The position numbers and the translations under genes are program-made. The notes under the pieces are model-generated. The model searched no databases and was not told the DNA's origin. It saw only the letters and a program-made list of their open reading frames with translations. Positions 53,366 through 64,000 of a stretch of 64,000 nt of DNA are shown one piece after another. Location: assembly GCF_006345805.1 (NCBI RefSeq), contig NC_043004.1, forward strand, positions 65,224,001 through 65,288,000, given 5' to 3'. Source of the stretch: Octopus sinensis (taxonomy: Eukaryota). Each line of letters starts with the position of its first letter. The stretch's first letter is position 1.

Positions 53366-53624
53366 TTTCCTTCTACTACATGTGTGAACTACCATTCAAG
53401 CAATAAATTGTTATATTTGATGTAAGGAAAGAAACATGCCTTCTTATATTATTTTACATCCACATAAATACATACATTTGAAACCGTCTTACACCCACGC
53501 AATTCCTATTCTTCCTAAACATTATATTTAATAAATCTTATTTATATTTCATCACATCAGGTTAAATTCCATTTTGCTATCACTTCCGTTTTACACTTGC
53601 TGCTGTTAATATTTTTACAATGCA

Positions 53625-53955
53625 AAGGTGGAGAGCTGGGCAGATTCGTTTGGATGCTGAGACACAATTATCAACGCGCTGGGCACAATCGTCAGCACGC
53701 CGGGTACAATCATTAGCACACCGGGCACAGGCACAATCGTTATAACGCCGGCCACAATCGTTAGCACGCCGAGCAAATGCTTAGCGGCATTTCATCCGTC
53801 TTTACGGTTTGAGTTCAAATTTTTCCAAGGTCGACTTGTTTTTTCATCCTATCGGGGGTCAAGAAACAAAGCACCAGTTGAGCACTGGGGTTGATCTAAT
53901 CGACTGACCTCCCTCACCCGAAATTTCGGGCCTTGTCCCAAAATTTGAGACCAAT
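53625..53955 (+). mobile_element. SINE family B with a 21-bp minisatellite expansion in its head; another B monomer at 54105-54285
   Basis: Five CAATCGTTAGCACGCCGGGCA-like units at 53665-53775. Confidence 0.8.
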
Positions 53956-54837
53956 ATTTTTACAATGTATGTGCAAAGGAATCTGCGTTAGAGCACAAAT
54001 CTGCTCTTCGAAGATGCACCAAAGTTACATTTTGTATTCTACCAAAGAATCTACAATATACTATCAACATTTCTCTGGAATTAATCTTTGCGGGGGTGCG
54101 AAGCAGTGAGCTGGAAGAATCGTTAGCACGCCGGACAAAATACCTAGCGATATTCCGCCCAGGAAGACTTCGCTTTTGACAAATTTCGGGTCGAGAAAAT
54201 AAGGACCAGTTGAGCTGCGGGATTGATGTAATCGACTGACCCCCATCCCCGTAATTGCAGACTTAGTGTCAAAATTTGAAATCAATCTATGTGATGGTGT
54301 AGAAAATGTTTATCACGAATTCATGAAATAAGCTTCAGGAAAACTGTTATGGTTTGCTTAGGTGACTAGTGTGTATAACCAGAGCTATTTCTGTAAAGGA
54401 CCATTGCCAACGCTTGCGCCAAGACGAGGGAGCGTTTCGTGTGAGAGAAGCCCATAGCTAGTCAAGACTGGATGCATTCCTGCACACCCATATCTAAGTG
54501 ACAGCAGTTCAGTTTGGACACACCTCTGTGGATATTTCCAGGATGATTTGAATTCTATTGTTCTTTGATAACTCTTAGAAATCACGTGGTATAGAAATTT
54601 ACAAAATCCAGGCTATTTTATCAGTGTTGTTTTTGTTAGCAGTAGTGGTGGTGGTCGCGGTGATGTTGATCCTAATGATTTTGGTGATTTTGGTGCTGGT
54701 CGCGATTCTGCTGACAGCAACGACGACAATGAAGGTGGCGGTGATAGGAGCTATGATGATGACGACGACGATGATGAGGAGGAGGATGAAGTTGATGACG
54801 ATGTTGATGATGGAGTTGGTGGTAATAATAATGGAGA

Positions 54838-55672
54838 TAGGCGTAGGAGTTGCTGTGTGGTAAGTTGCTTGCTTACTAACTACATGGTTCTGGGTTCAGT
54901 CTCACTGCGTGGCACCTTGGGCAAGTGTCTTCTGCTATAGACTCGGGCCGACCAAAGCCTTGTGAGTGGATTTGGTTGACGGAAACTAAAAGAAACCCGT
55001 CGTATATATGTATATGTATATATCTCTCTCTATATAAACGGCAGTTTGTCTGTGCGTTTTCTGTGTGTCTGTTTTCTCGTACCCTCACTCTGACCACGGC
55101 TTTCAACCGATTCTGAAACTTGACACACACATAGCCCAATGTCATAATTCAAACTAACGCAGCGAAAATTTTGAAAAATTCCCCAGTTCTGAAAAAATCT
55201 ATAAATTCGACATGGGGTCGAGAATCAGAAACCCAAACCACAGACCGTCTAGGGGACGCAACTCCACCTTTTTTAACTCTCAAAAAATTTACCATCATTT
55301 TTTTTTTTTTTTTTTTTTTTTTGCTATTTTTGGGCTATAACTCTAAAAATGCTTTATAGTTATTTCCCTTACAACCTGAGCAACGCCGGGCGATACTGCT
55401 AGTATATATATATATATATAATATATGTGTGTGTGTGTGTGTGTGTGTTGTGTGTGTGTGTGTGTGTGTATGTTTGTGTGTCTGTGTTTGTCGCTTGACA
55501 ACTGATGGTGGTGTATTCAAGTTCCCGTAACTTAACTGCTCGGCAAAAGAGACCGATTAAATACGTATTAGGCTTACAAAGAATAAGTCCTGGGGCCGAT
55601 TTGCTCGACTAAAGGCGGTGCTCCAGCTTGGCCGCCGTCAAATGACTGAAACAAGTAAAATAGTAAACGAGT
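54838..55672 (+). mobile_element. SINE family A split by a Helitron-type insertion
   Basis: 5' half 54838-55010; 3' half ~55460-55672. Confidence 0.8.
55023..55402 (+). mobile_element. Non-autonomous Helitron
   Basis: A|TC start, subterminal hairpin CCTGAGCAACGCCGGG, CTAG|T end, no TSD. Confidence 0.8.
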
Positions 55673-56013
55673 AAGGTGATAATGACAACGACGACGATGA
55701 TAATGATCATGATGTTCATGATGATGATGTTGATAGTGACATAGAGAGCGCGGGTGCAGACAATGGCGGTATCGAACGCACTGGCGATAGTGTGATCTGT
55801 ATGTATATGCGGTGGTGCGGTTTATGTCGGTCGTGGGATCGATATCGGCGATGCATTCTTGCTTCATTTATTGGAATCGTGGTTTTAATTGATGGATGCT
55901 GGTGACGAAGCCACGACAATGATATTACTATTTAAACGGTCCGAATAAACGGAACTGACTCGTCCAAACAAACACGTTTTCTATTCTTCTTCACAGCCTA
56001 CCACACACACACA

Positions 56014-56044
<31 letters not shown>

Positions 56045-56169
56045 ACACTGTCTCTCTTTCTCTCTTTCTCTTTTTCTCTCCATCTCTTTCTCTTTCTTTC
56101 ACAAGAACACACGCACTCACATTTTCTTTCTCATATACACAAAACACAAAGACGCTATGTTAGTCTTTG

Positions 56170-56835
56170 ACCTGCCAAACATTCTCTTATCCTGTTGCTG
56201 TAAACCCTAACACGTTTCTCCCTTCTTTTCTCTCACTCGCTTACTCTTCTCTCTCTCCCTGCTTCTCCCTTACTCTCTTTTTCTTCTTTCTCTCTCTTTC
56301 TCTCCTTTTTCTAATCTTCCAGTCTGCGTTCCTCTCTCTTCCCCTTCTCTCTCTGCCTTTCTCTCTCCCCTTCTCTCTCTCTCCCTTCTTTCTTTATCTC
56401 TCTCTTTCTCTCCCTTCTCTCTCTCTACCCCTTCTTTCTCTCTCTCCCTTCTCTCTCTCTCTCCCTTTTTCTTCCCTCTCTCCCTTCTTTTCTCACTATC
56501 TTTCTCTCTCTCTTTCCCTTCTTTTTCTCTCTCTCCCTTCTTCTCTCCCTCCCTTCTTCTCTCTCTATCTCCTTTCCTTTCTCTCTCTCTATCTTTCTCT
56601 CTCTCTTTCTTTCTCTCTCTCTCTCCTTTCTCATCTCTCTCACTCGTCTCTCTCTCCACACACCTTGTATTCACCTCTGTCCATTCATCCTTCATACTCT
56701 TTTAACGCTTACTATTACGGATTTATCTCTGACTCCTTCTCTCTCACACCTTATCTCTCTCCTTTTCCATTTCTTCTTCCTCATTCCTTCTCTCCTTCTC
56801 TCTCTCTCCTCCCCTCTTCTCCCCTCTCTTAAACT
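56170..56835. repeat. Degenerate (CT)n polypyrimidine tract
   Basis: Direct reading; accounts for ORFs 56167+, 56270- and 56425-. Confidence 0.9.
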
Positions 56836-58044
56836 CTCATACACACTCTATGCACACACTATCCCTCTGTGTCTATCCCTCAACACGTTATTGCTTTGTC
56901 CGATCACAATCATCCATTTTCGCCTTGTAACCTCTGACCCTTAATACTCTTACTTTCCTTATCTCTTCCCCTCTTTTCCTCTTGCTTTATCGCAACCATT
57001 CGTCAGCAATCTATCATTTTTAAATCTCTCACCCCTGAACACCCACACCCACCACCTGCCATCACATGTTCCGACCATTATTCACCGATCGTGTCCGGCC
57101 GGCTCATGCACCTTGTTCACACGAAACCATTCCAACGCTGATTTTTCTTAGATATCAATTCTATCAGATAACAATTGCTCTCAATGTATAACAAGAGATT
57201 GAAGCGAGTTCTATTTTCTACGTAACATCATGACAAGGATTTCGTGAACAACAGCGTTGTTATTTACAGTTTTCCAACATGACCAATCATTGTTTCGTTG
57301 AGTTTTTAACGACGGAAATGATACGAGGTCGTCTTTGCCAATGATAGCCTCCGTCATTGCGATAATATACAGTTCGCATACATAAATATATGTGTTCCTA
57401 TACATATAGAAAATGATCGCTCCATATTCACAGTTCCTTTCCGTCTCCTTGTGTTTCCTCATTGTCAATAGTATTTCTGACTTTCCATCCATAACCTCAC
57501 GTTGCAGATCTGTTTGATTTTGAAGCGTAAGTGACAAACGAAATTGTCACTCGGTGCGCACCTCCAACAGTTTTAGTCGACACACGTCGACACTCTTCCA
57601 TCACGGTAGAACGTTCAGCAGATGGAGTGACAAATGCGGTTACCATTAAGAGACACCTATACATTATTGAATTATAGCGATAGTCACTCGTACAACAATT
57701 AGGCCGCTTTCTGTGTCTCCACGATTTAGTACCGACTGATAAGCTGGTGGTGAAGTTCTGGTTCAGAAATTCCCAGGGCTACTATAACCAGGAGTAGTAG
57801 CACCTATAAGGGTCCAAGCTGTGGGATTAAAATGCATATGTGATAATGATATTCCAGCTGAGCGCGGGGACGTAGCAATACCCTTGGTATCGTCAGTGCG
57901 TGCAGTAAAACCACTGAGAGTGAGGGACACAGCAACTTTCAGGGAAAGGAACATTATTATGTAAATATTAAAACATACATACCAACATAAATACACACGC
58001 AAACACACACAAACACACACAAATATATGCATATATATATATAT

Positions 58045-58452
58045 ATGCAGGAGTGGCTGTGTGGTAACTAGCTTGCTTACTAACCACATGGTTCCGGATT
58101 CAGTCCCACTGCGTGGCACCTTGGGCAAATGTTTTCTACTATAGCCTCGGGCCGACAAAAGCCTTGTGAGTGGATTTGGTAGACGGAAACTGTATGTATA
58201 TATATATATGTATGTGTGTATATATGTTTGTGTGTCTGAGTTTGTGTGTCTGTGTTTGTCACCCCAACATCACTTGACAACTGATGCTGGTGTGTTTACG
58301 TCCCCGTAACTTAGTGGTTCGGCAAAAGAGACCTATAGAATAAGTACTAGACTTACAAAGAATAAGTCCTAGGGTCGATTTGCTCGACTAAAAAGGTGGT
58401 GCTCCAGCATGGCCGCAGTCAAATGACTGAAACAAGTAAAAGAGTAAAAGAA
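58045..58452 (+). mobile_element. SINE family A, full length
   Basis: Head, core and tail close to the window consensus. Confidence 0.9.
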
Positions 58453-59004
58453 TATAAAGAGGTAATGATACTCGACATTTCGTGTCGAAGTCTCGTGTCG
58501 AGGTGTCATTAATCATGTTCTTTATAAACAAAATATTAACGTATTACTTAACCAAAAAAAAGAAACAAAAGCCGGTAATTTGTTTGAAAAAAATATTTAA
58601 CTTAGTTGATTGTGTTTGGGTTAAAACAAAACTCAACATTTTCCTTTTCCAGATGTGAGATGTTCTTCAATGTGTCAAAGATGTCGGGTTCGATTTCCGA
58701 ATGTCACTACTTTACATCCGCTCTTAAACTTAATCTGTCATTTGGATCGCTCCACGTCGCTTCTCATTGATGAGTCAGGTTCACATCGGTTGTCCGTTCT
58801 TTCTTTTAGCAATATCATGAAATTATTTCCGACCCAGTTGATAAGACAGACAGAAAATACGTCAGCTCAAACGCGCAATCATACGCGCGCGCTAACACAC
58901 AGACACAGACACAAACACACACTCACACACACACACACAAGCACACACGCACAAGAAAAATATAACACATACATGTTTTTCCATACGTACTTAAGCACAA
59001 ACAA

Positions 59005-59047
<43 letters not shown>

Positions 59048-59784
59048 ATCATAAAAATACAGACACATGACTACATTCTTTTATTCCTATATTCTTTTAA
59101 TTGTTTCAGTCATTTGACTGTGGCCATGCTGGAGCAGCGCCTTTATTCGCACAAACAGACTCGAGTACTTATTCTTTGTAAGCCTAGAACTTATTCTATC
59201 GGTGTCTTTTGCCGTACCACTACGCTACGGGGATGTAAACACACTAGCACCGGTTGTCAAACGCTGGTGGAGGGCGGGAACACAGACACACAAATACACA
59301 CATATATATGTATATGTATTTATACGAAGGGCTTCTCTCAGTTTCCGTCTACAAAATTCAGTCACAAGGCTTTGGTCGGCCAAAGGATAGATATGCAACA
59401 ATATACATGAGAATACATACATAAAGCAAAACATACAAATCTGCACATATATATATACATACATACATACATACATACAAACAAAAACACCTTGTTGCTG
59501 ATGTTCAAATTCCAATGAAGGAACCTTGGATCTAGGTTAGAAACCTGCTCTTTCTCTCTTGGGAAGAAATTTTGAAATAAAACTGATCATAAACATAGGC
59601 ACAGGAGTGGCTGTGTGGTAACTAGCCATCTTACCAACCACATAGTGCCGGGTTCAGTCCCACTGCGTGGCACATTGAGCAAGTGTCTTCTACTATAGCC
59701 TCGGGCCGACCAAAGCCTTGTAAGTGGATTTGGTAGATGGAAACTGAAAGAAGCCCATCGTATGTGTATACACACACACACCAC

Positions 59785-59834
<50 letters not shown>

Positions 59835-59848
59835 TATATATATATTTA

Positions 59849-60019
59849 TGTAAATATAATATGTGACAATTATTCGGTAGCCATGATAAAACTCCGAGTT
59901 TCGGATGTCGGGGAGGAAACCCACGAATAATTGTCACATATTATATTTACAGATAAATTCCTCCATTAACATAATATCGAGGTCTCTTTCATTCTTTTGT
60001 TGCCTTAGTATTTGTATCA

Positions 60020-60072
<53 letters not shown>

Positions 60073-60100
60073 TATATTGATACAAATACTAAGGCAACAA
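59849..60100 (+). mobile_element. Family F2 fold-back element with asymmetric arms and a second inverted copy of its tail end
   Basis: Antisense piece 59849-59923 (includes 3' half of the HHR), sense piece 59924-60020, (TA)n, inverted tail piece ~60074-60100. Confidence 0.75.
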
Positions 60101-60129
60101 CAGAATATATAATATATATATATACATAT

Positions 60130-60703
60130 ATACGTAAACAAAGTCAAATGCGATACAATAAAATTAATTATTATCGCCGGTGTTCTAGGACACGCCATAT
60201 ATTATTCATATATAAGTACATTAAAAGGCGAAGTGTGTACTAGATACACAAAAGCTGGATAAATTTAATGAGATGAAAATTAAAAACTTTTACAAACTTA
60301 GTTCTTCTTAGACTGCAGTTTCGCCTATTTCAGCAATAAAAATAATATTTATTTACTCAGGTAGGCTCTTCAGTAATATTCCTGTTATTATGGGAAGCGC
60401 ATATCAATAGAGGCACATGCGTCTATTAAATTGCACTTTCTAAACTATTCAAATCACTGCGCAGACTCAGAACGTACCCGACAAAATAGGTTTTCTGGTA
60501 TATATCGTCTAACGCTCAAAAATTATCGAGAAAATACGTAAACAAAGTCAAATGCGATACAATAAAATTAATTATTATCGCCGGTGTTCTAGGACACGCC
60601 ATATATTATTCATATATAAGTACATTAAAAGGCGAAGTGTGTACTAGATTCACAAAAGCTGGATAAATTTAATGAGATGAAAATTAAAAACTTTTACAAA
60701 CTT
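60130..60703 (-). mobile_element. Partial-tandem PLE/retrozyme-like element, 404-nt period
   Basis: 170-bp direct repeats 60130-60299 and 60534-60703 (one mismatch found); HHR between them; 3' end on (TA)n. Confidence 0.85.
60306..60378 (-). ncRNA. Type I hammerhead ribozyme, intact core
   Basis: Minus strand TATTA CTGAAGA GCCTA...TAGGC GAAA CTGCAG TC TAAGA; stem I 4 of 5 pairs; predicted cut between 60311 and 60310. Confidence 0.85.
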
Positions 60704-60872
60704 TAAGGGCGGTGCCCCAGCATGGCCTCAGCCGGATGGCTGAAACAAGTAAAAGAGTAAACTTATTCTCATGCATATTGTTGCATATCTAGCCTTTGGC
60801 CGACCAAAGCCTTGTGACTGAATTTTGTAGAAGCTTGCCGTATACACACACACACACACATATATATATATT

Positions 60873-60904
<32 letters not shown>

Positions 60905-61189
60905 TGTATGTAGGCATATATGTATGTATGTGTTTGTGTGTCTGTGTTTGTCCCCCACATCGCTTGACAATCGATGCTGGTGTGCTTACGTCCCCGTCGC
61001 CTAGCGGTTCGGCAAGAGATCCCGATAGAATAAGTGCTAGGCTTACAAAGAATAAGTCCAGGGGTCGATTAGGTTTATACATAATATATGCGTTATATAT
61101 GAAGTATATATATGAATATATATTTACACATACTGTATATATAAAATAAAGTAAAAATGTGAAATATATTTGCCAGCTAAATGTGGCGG

Positions 61190-61310
61190 TCTCTTAAATG
61201 GCGATGCTACTGTTGTTTTCAGCCCCTGGAGGACATCTCCTCCAGCAGGCTAACGACACCCTGTCTGTGCCCGGTTAGTATTTGCGCAGGGCAATCATCG
61301 TTCCTATCTC
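61190..61310 (+). mobile_element. Diverged homolog of the 353-bp tandem unit
   Basis: GATGCTACTGTTGTTTTCAGCCCCTGGAGGACATCTCCTCCAGC vs GATGCTACTGTAGTTTTTAGCCCCAGGAGGACACACTCCTCCAGC. Confidence 0.7.
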
Positions 61311-61737
61311 TAAGAAAAACAAAACATTTGGCTTCACTTGAAAAAAAAAAGACTTAATTTAGAGAATATAAACGTATAGAGACTTAGTTGCAGTCCGAAC
61401 CTGATATTTAGTGATATACGAAATTGAGCATACTTAGGACGTACCTATTACATTACGCCAGTTGACGGAAATTCCTTATATATTCTACAAACTGTATATG
61501 TATCCAGTTTCACCTATCGCATCCTCAGTTCATCGCGGATCTTTCTGGCTAATACATGTAAATTTATATCGCGGATCCCTCAGTATATCTGGGTTTCTGT
61601 GGCCGATAGGTATATATATTTTTTTTAGAAAAATTCTTTCTGTGGGAGATTTTGGAAAGTAACACCCGCGATAGTCGAAGGACTACTGTATAAAAATATA
61701 TACACATGTGTATACATACATACATACATACATACAT

Positions 61738-61790
<53 letters not shown>

Positions 61791-61793
<3 letters not shown>

Positions 61794-62095
61794 TTATATA
61801 TAAAATTGAAGTTGTGTGTGTGAGACTCTGTCTCCTCCGATTTAGATTCCTAACTACTCCCACATTTTGCTGTGCAGTTTAACCAAAAGCGGGTAACTTA
61901 TAGTCGTCATTCATATCGAGCCCTTCTGGGTATTAGCGCGCGTCTACGATGAGTCTACGATTTAAAAAAAATTACCATCATTTTTCCGCATTTTTTAATG
62001 ATTTTTGCTCCGGTTATATAAGGGAAGTAACTCTCTAAAAATGCTTATATAGTTATTTCCCTTATAAACCCGAGCAACGCCGGGCGATACTGCTA

Positions 62096-62096
<1 letters not shown>
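61791..62096 (+). mobile_element. Non-autonomous Helitron
   Basis: A|TC start, hairpin CCCGAGCAACGCCGGG, CTAG|T end; 3' part shared with 55023-55402. Confidence 0.8.
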
Positions 62097-62140
<44 letters not shown>

Positions 62141-62143
<3 letters not shown>

Positions 62144-62525
62144 ATAATAACAAAGGGTAAAATTAATTAATTAAGAAGTAATCAATAATTTCACCAAGTA
62201 GAATTCGGCATGAAATAGGACCATTTCACGGTAAACTTAGGTAATACTTTATAATTAGGGTTCAGCAAAGATTTTCTTTACCACATACCGAAGTTTAGAA
62301 ATAGCAGCCAAAAATTCTTAACTATTTCTTCTACTTTAAAAAGGGACTCCCAGAAAAAAAAATACTTGAAAACAATCCACGCAGGCAGAGAGGATTGTTT
62401 TCAAGTATTTTGTTTTTTTCTGGGAGTCCTTTTTTAAAGTAGAAGAAATAGGTAAGATTGTTTGGCTGCTATTTCTAAACTTCGGTATTTGGTAAAGAAA
62501 ATCTTTGCTGAAACCTAATTATAAA

Positions 62526-62528
<3 letters not shown>
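62141..62528 (-). mobile_element. Fold-back element, diverged F1 member: ~104-nt tail, ~135-bp arms, 13-nt spacer
   Basis: Arms 62245-62378 and 62392-62528; (TA)n on both sides. Confidence 0.85.
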
Positions 62529-62561
<33 letters not shown>

Positions 62562-63359
62562 ATATATATATATACACACATACACACATATATATATATA
62601 ATATATATATATATACATATATGTATCTATACGTGCACTCACACACACAAATATGATATCCATATATATTTTTATATACTTACATATATATATGCATATT
62701 CGCATAGATATATCTTATGTGTGTATGTTTGCACATATGCACACGTGTTTGTGTGTGTGTATGAACATATATGATGCTGTAATCTTCGAATGCAAACATG
62801 GAATGGACTATAAACTTTCAAATGATTGTGATATAACAGTTATAACGTACGCTGAGATGCACACCTTGGTAACGACGTGTGAACTTCGATTACTAAAAGC
62901 GTGCCATAAAAACAATGAGAGTTGAGGTGCTTATGCCGCTTCAAATGTCTAATATAATTTATTTGTCAGGCAATTTCGGTTTACGAATCCATTCCAAAAC
63001 AATATTAAACACACATTGTCCGAACATATCGGTGACTTCTATCGTTTTTTATGACCCATTTGCTCTGATATCCATTTGAGTATCCCCGTGTTGGCGTTGA
63101 GGCCCCTATTGACGTATATACACTATTACGTAACTACCTAACGCCCTTCAAAAATACTTACAAACATGTTAAGGTGTATTTATATAAGTATGATGTATGT
63201 GTAGGCGCGTGGCTCAGCGTTTAGGGAGCTGGACTAATGATCATTTGTCCCCGGGTTCAATACCAGTTCATGACAACGAGCGATGACCTTGAGCAAGTTA
63301 TTCCATTTCACATTGCTACAGTCTACTCAGTTGAAAATGAGGTATACATACAGGCAATA

Positions 63360-63560
63360 TCTATTATTTGTTTCAGTCATTAAACTGCGGTCATGCTGGG
63401 GCACTGCCTGAAGAATTTTTATTCAAATGAAACGACTCGAGTACTTAATATTTTACTAAGCTTGGCACTTATTCTATTGGTCGCTTTTCCCTAACCGCTA
63501 AGTTACGGGAACATAAGACACCAACACCGGTTGCCAAGCGGGGGTGGGGCATAAACACAG

Positions 63561-63593
<33 letters not shown>

Positions 63594-63610
63594 ACACACA
63601 CACACACACA

Positions 63611-63660
<50 letters not shown>

Positions 63661-63822
63661 GACGAGCTTCTTTCAGTTTCGGTCAACCAAATCCACTAAC
63701 AAAGCTTTGGTCAACCCCGGGCTATAGCGGAAGACACTCGCTCAAGATGGCACGCAGAAAGATTGAACCCAGAACGATGTGGTGGGGAAGTAGTCTTCTT
63801 ACCACACAGCCACACCTGTACC
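63360..63822 (-). mobile_element. SINE family A, diverged
   Basis: Reverse-complement head, core, internal (CA/TA)n and tail. Confidence 0.8.
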
Positions 63823-64000
63823 ATATATTTAAAAATAACACTGATGTCTTTAAGTACGGCTATTCTGGGGACAGGTAAAACATCTCCTAAAATTCTTATT
63901 TAATGATTGAATCAGAAATAAAATGTTACTGTTATTTTAATAACCGGTCTCCAGCAGGAAAATAGAGATAACGGTGGTCCGTTGGAGAAATGGATCCCCG

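Noticed and set aside
53665-53775. Short repeats as a CRISPR array
   Set aside because: Contiguous 21-bp tandem units without unique spacers, derived from a SINE in eukaryotic DNA.
57211-57537. 108-aa minus-strand ORF
   Set aside because: No recognisable homology; GTG start; includes TA-rich low-complexity codons.
58655-59410. Longest ORF (251 aa), preceded by a strong acceptor (TTTTCCTTTTCCAG)
   Set aside because: Two thirds is (CA)n and antisense SINE A; the unique part has no domain or convincing donor. A lone exon cannot be excluded without RNA-seq.

Overview
AT-rich, microsatellite-dense animal DNA. The SINE families and repeat landscape point to an octopus (coleoid cephalopod) genome; this is inference from sequence style, with no database search. 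I cannot support any intact cellular protein-coding gene. Most ORF-track entries are translations of (TA)n/(TG)n/(ATT)n/(CT)n microsatellites or antisense SINEs. The window holds three tRNA-headed SINE families (called A, B, C here) and fossil LINEs (RTE-type, HERO/NeSL-like, R4/Dong-like). It also holds fossil DNA transposons (mariner, Tc1-like, Tigger/pogo, hAT), short Helitron-type elements and one Penelope-like (PLE) GIY-YIG fragment. The main unexplained structure is about 17 type I hammerhead ribozyme (HHR) motifs from roughly 9-10 families that look unrelated by eye. About six have an essentially intact core, and nearly all have a palindromic stem III that differs between families. They lie in short non-coding elements abutting (TA)n tracts. 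Two architectures recur: (i) fold-back elements (inverted arm + sense arm + unpaired 70-150 nt tail; arms up to 315 bp, near-perfect), and (ii) direct or partial tandems with 404-nt and ~519-nt periods. This fits non-autonomous PLE/retrozyme-like RNAs. PLE HHRs are known in general; the density, the family-specific palindromes and the self-antisense fold-backs deserve testing. All folds and alignments were done by eye.
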